Assembly: GCA_949295005.1 (NCBI GenBank)
Contig: CASFJL010000004.1
Location: 1-60,808 of the forward strand
Origin: an uncultured Pseudomonadota bacterium
GTDB lineage: Bacteria > Pseudomonadota > Alphaproteobacteria > RF32 > CAG-239
DNA length: 60,808 bases
Direction: 5' to 3'
Numbering within the stretch: position 1 is the first letter of the stretch; each line of letters begins with the position of its first letter. The translations under genes and the position numbers were made by a program. Below, piece by piece: positions 59,537 through 60,808 of this stretch. The notes under the pieces are model-generated. The model did no database searches. It was not told where the DNA came from and saw only the letters and a list, made by a program, of their open reading frames with translations.

Positions 59537-60050
59537 AGAAGATATAAATCTCTGGCAAGAGACCATTCAAGATGTAAAAAAAACCAAAAAAAAAGAATAT
59601 ATAGAGCGCCCCTTGCCTGAAAATATTTCCATAAAAAATTCAATAAATCTGACCACCGTGTATCAAGGAAATTCACTAGAAGAATTACCCATTGGCGGCA
59701 CAGATAACATAGATAAAAAGACCGCACAAAAATTCAAACGCGGAGAATTTAAGATTGAAAGAAGGTTAGATTTACATGGTTATACGGAAGATGAAGCTTG
59801 GGATGCCGTCATAAATTTTGTAAAGAATGCTTATATTGACAATTTGCGCTGCATTTTAATTGTCACCGGCAAGGGAAATCCACATCCGGAGAATGAAGAT
59901 TTTATGCAAAGAAGAGGAATATTAAAAGAAAAAGTTCCGCAATGGCTCAATTCAAGAGAATTGCGTCCTTTAATTTTAAGCATTAGCTATTCACAAATCA
60001 AAGACGGTGGTGATGGCGCTTTATACGTCCTCCTCAGAAGAAAAAGATAA
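59508..60050 (+). CDS. Smr/MutS2-domain protein
   Basis: RLDLHG, LIVTGKG, GIL...VPQWL, GGDGALYVLLRR. Confidence 0.93.
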   Translation: MKNKQPQISKEDINLWQETIQDVKKTKKKEYIERPLPENISIKNSINLTTVYQGNSLEELPIGGTDNIDKKTAQKFKRGEFKIERRLDLHGYTEDEAWDAVINFVKNAYIDNLRCILIVTGKGNPHPENEDFMQRRGILKEKVPQWLNSRELRPLILSISYSQIKDGGDGALYVLLRRKR

Positions 60051-60071
60051 ACTATAATAAAATCTTTCCTG

Positions 60072-60382
60072 ATTTTTTCAAATCTCCACGAGGCACCCGA
60101 AGAATGCGGAGACGGCCACCAAAGAAAGCAATGAGACTTGGCTTTGTCAAAATGCGGCAGCTTTCAGGGCAAAGCCTTAGTCAGAATTGGAAAAAATAAA
60201 GTGATTTGAGGAGCGAGAAAAATTTTAGTAACCGCTAAGCAAAAATGCCTTTAATATGGCATTTTTGTCTGTAAGGTCTTTGGAACATCTTGTTAAGTTA
60301 GGCTATGAAAATAGCCGCAACGAAACTAGATGCCTAAGCGGAAGTGGTACATGAATTTTTCAATCCGATGACAAATCGCTCT
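60072..60382. repeat. Highly structured palindromic intergenic element (MITE/RPE-like repeat or ncRNA)
   Basis: At least 8 nested complementary segment pairs forming two multibranched domains; no ORF; richer in GC than other intergenic DNA here. Confidence 0.6.
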
Positions 60383-60405
60383 AGATTCCCATTATACGTT
60401 TTTCC

Positions 60406-60808
60406 CTAGAAAGCATAAGTTAAACCCACATTAACGGCAGCATTGGTATAATCAGAGCCAAAGGTGTAAGATGTGTTGGCATAACCACTCCATTTTTCAT
60501 CAAAGCTCATAGATCCGCCGATTTCCAATCTTCCTAAGGTGGCATTATCCAATCCATCTACTTGGCGCAAGCGCAATGATGTTACCGTTACATCACCGCT
60601 ACCAATATTTTGGATAATACTCGGTTTGACATAAAGTTTTGCATAACCGTTCTTGCGAAGGTAGGTCTTTTCAACCTTAACACCGGCCTCAATCTCCCAG
60701 TTGCTTACATCGCCATATTTAGCGGTCTTGCCATAATTATCCGTTGCATCATCATAGTTAATTTGCGTATAGGCTAATCTTAAGCTTGGCTCTACCGTTA
60801 AATCTTTC
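60406..60808 (-). CDS. Autotransporter/outer-membrane beta-barrel protein, C-terminal part (5' end outside the window)
   Basis: Open frame ...VEPSLRLAYTQI...EIEAGVKVEK...YVKPSIIQ...AAVNVGLTYAF*; amphipathic strands and terminal Phe. Confidence 0.85.
   Translation of the reverse strand, partial: KDLTVEPSLRLAYTQINYDDATDNYGKTAKYGDVSNWEIEAGVKVEKTYLRKNGYAKLYVKPSIIQNIGSGDVTVTSLRLRQVDGLDNATLGRLEIGGSMSFDEKWSGYANTSYTFGSDYTNAAVNVGLTYAF

Noticed and set aside
60072-60382. RNase P RNA, tmRNA, SRP RNA or cobalamin riboswitch identity for the structured element
   Set aside because: Their hallmark sequences were not found on either strand, and the element lies 3' of both neighbours, which is the wrong place for a riboswitch

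Overview
AT-rich chromosomal window of mostly housekeeping genes. Gene order (secB/Tim44/mltA/Smr, tsaD divergent from mitofilin-like/HemY-like genes, DUF2333-murJ, DUF2336) points to an alphaproteobacterium, probably a reduced-genome host- or gut-associated lineage; this is inferred, not proven. It holds tRNA-Arg(ACG), hslVU, hemW, a YifB/ComM ATPase, rpsF-rpsR-rplI, typA, pepF, dnaE, tsaD-nth, lptG, cysK, gmk, ampG, nrdAB with two NrdR boxes, and the 3' end of an autotransporter. I see no IS, integrase, prophage or CRISPR array. The most unusual signals are: (i) a ~310-nt multibranched palindromic element between the convergent Smr and autotransporter genes; (ii) two separate orphan proteins with a motif resembling LPD7 of conjugative relaxases and polyvalent proteins, one next to an orphan with a possible Cys-nucleophile alpha/beta-hydrolase fold (possible dispersed secretion substrates); (iii) an archaeal-type ADP-dependent sugar kinase at the end of a Mic60-like/HemY-like operon that lacks hemC/hemD; (iv) a GlmU with no acetyltransferase domain, in a window rich in peptidoglycan turnover genes; (v) an 864-aa lipoprotein with GYxDENGxF repeats and a trypsin-like domain missing all three catalytic residues; (vi) a possible tandem pseudo-ACP orphan. 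All family calls come from reading motifs by eye; no searches were run.
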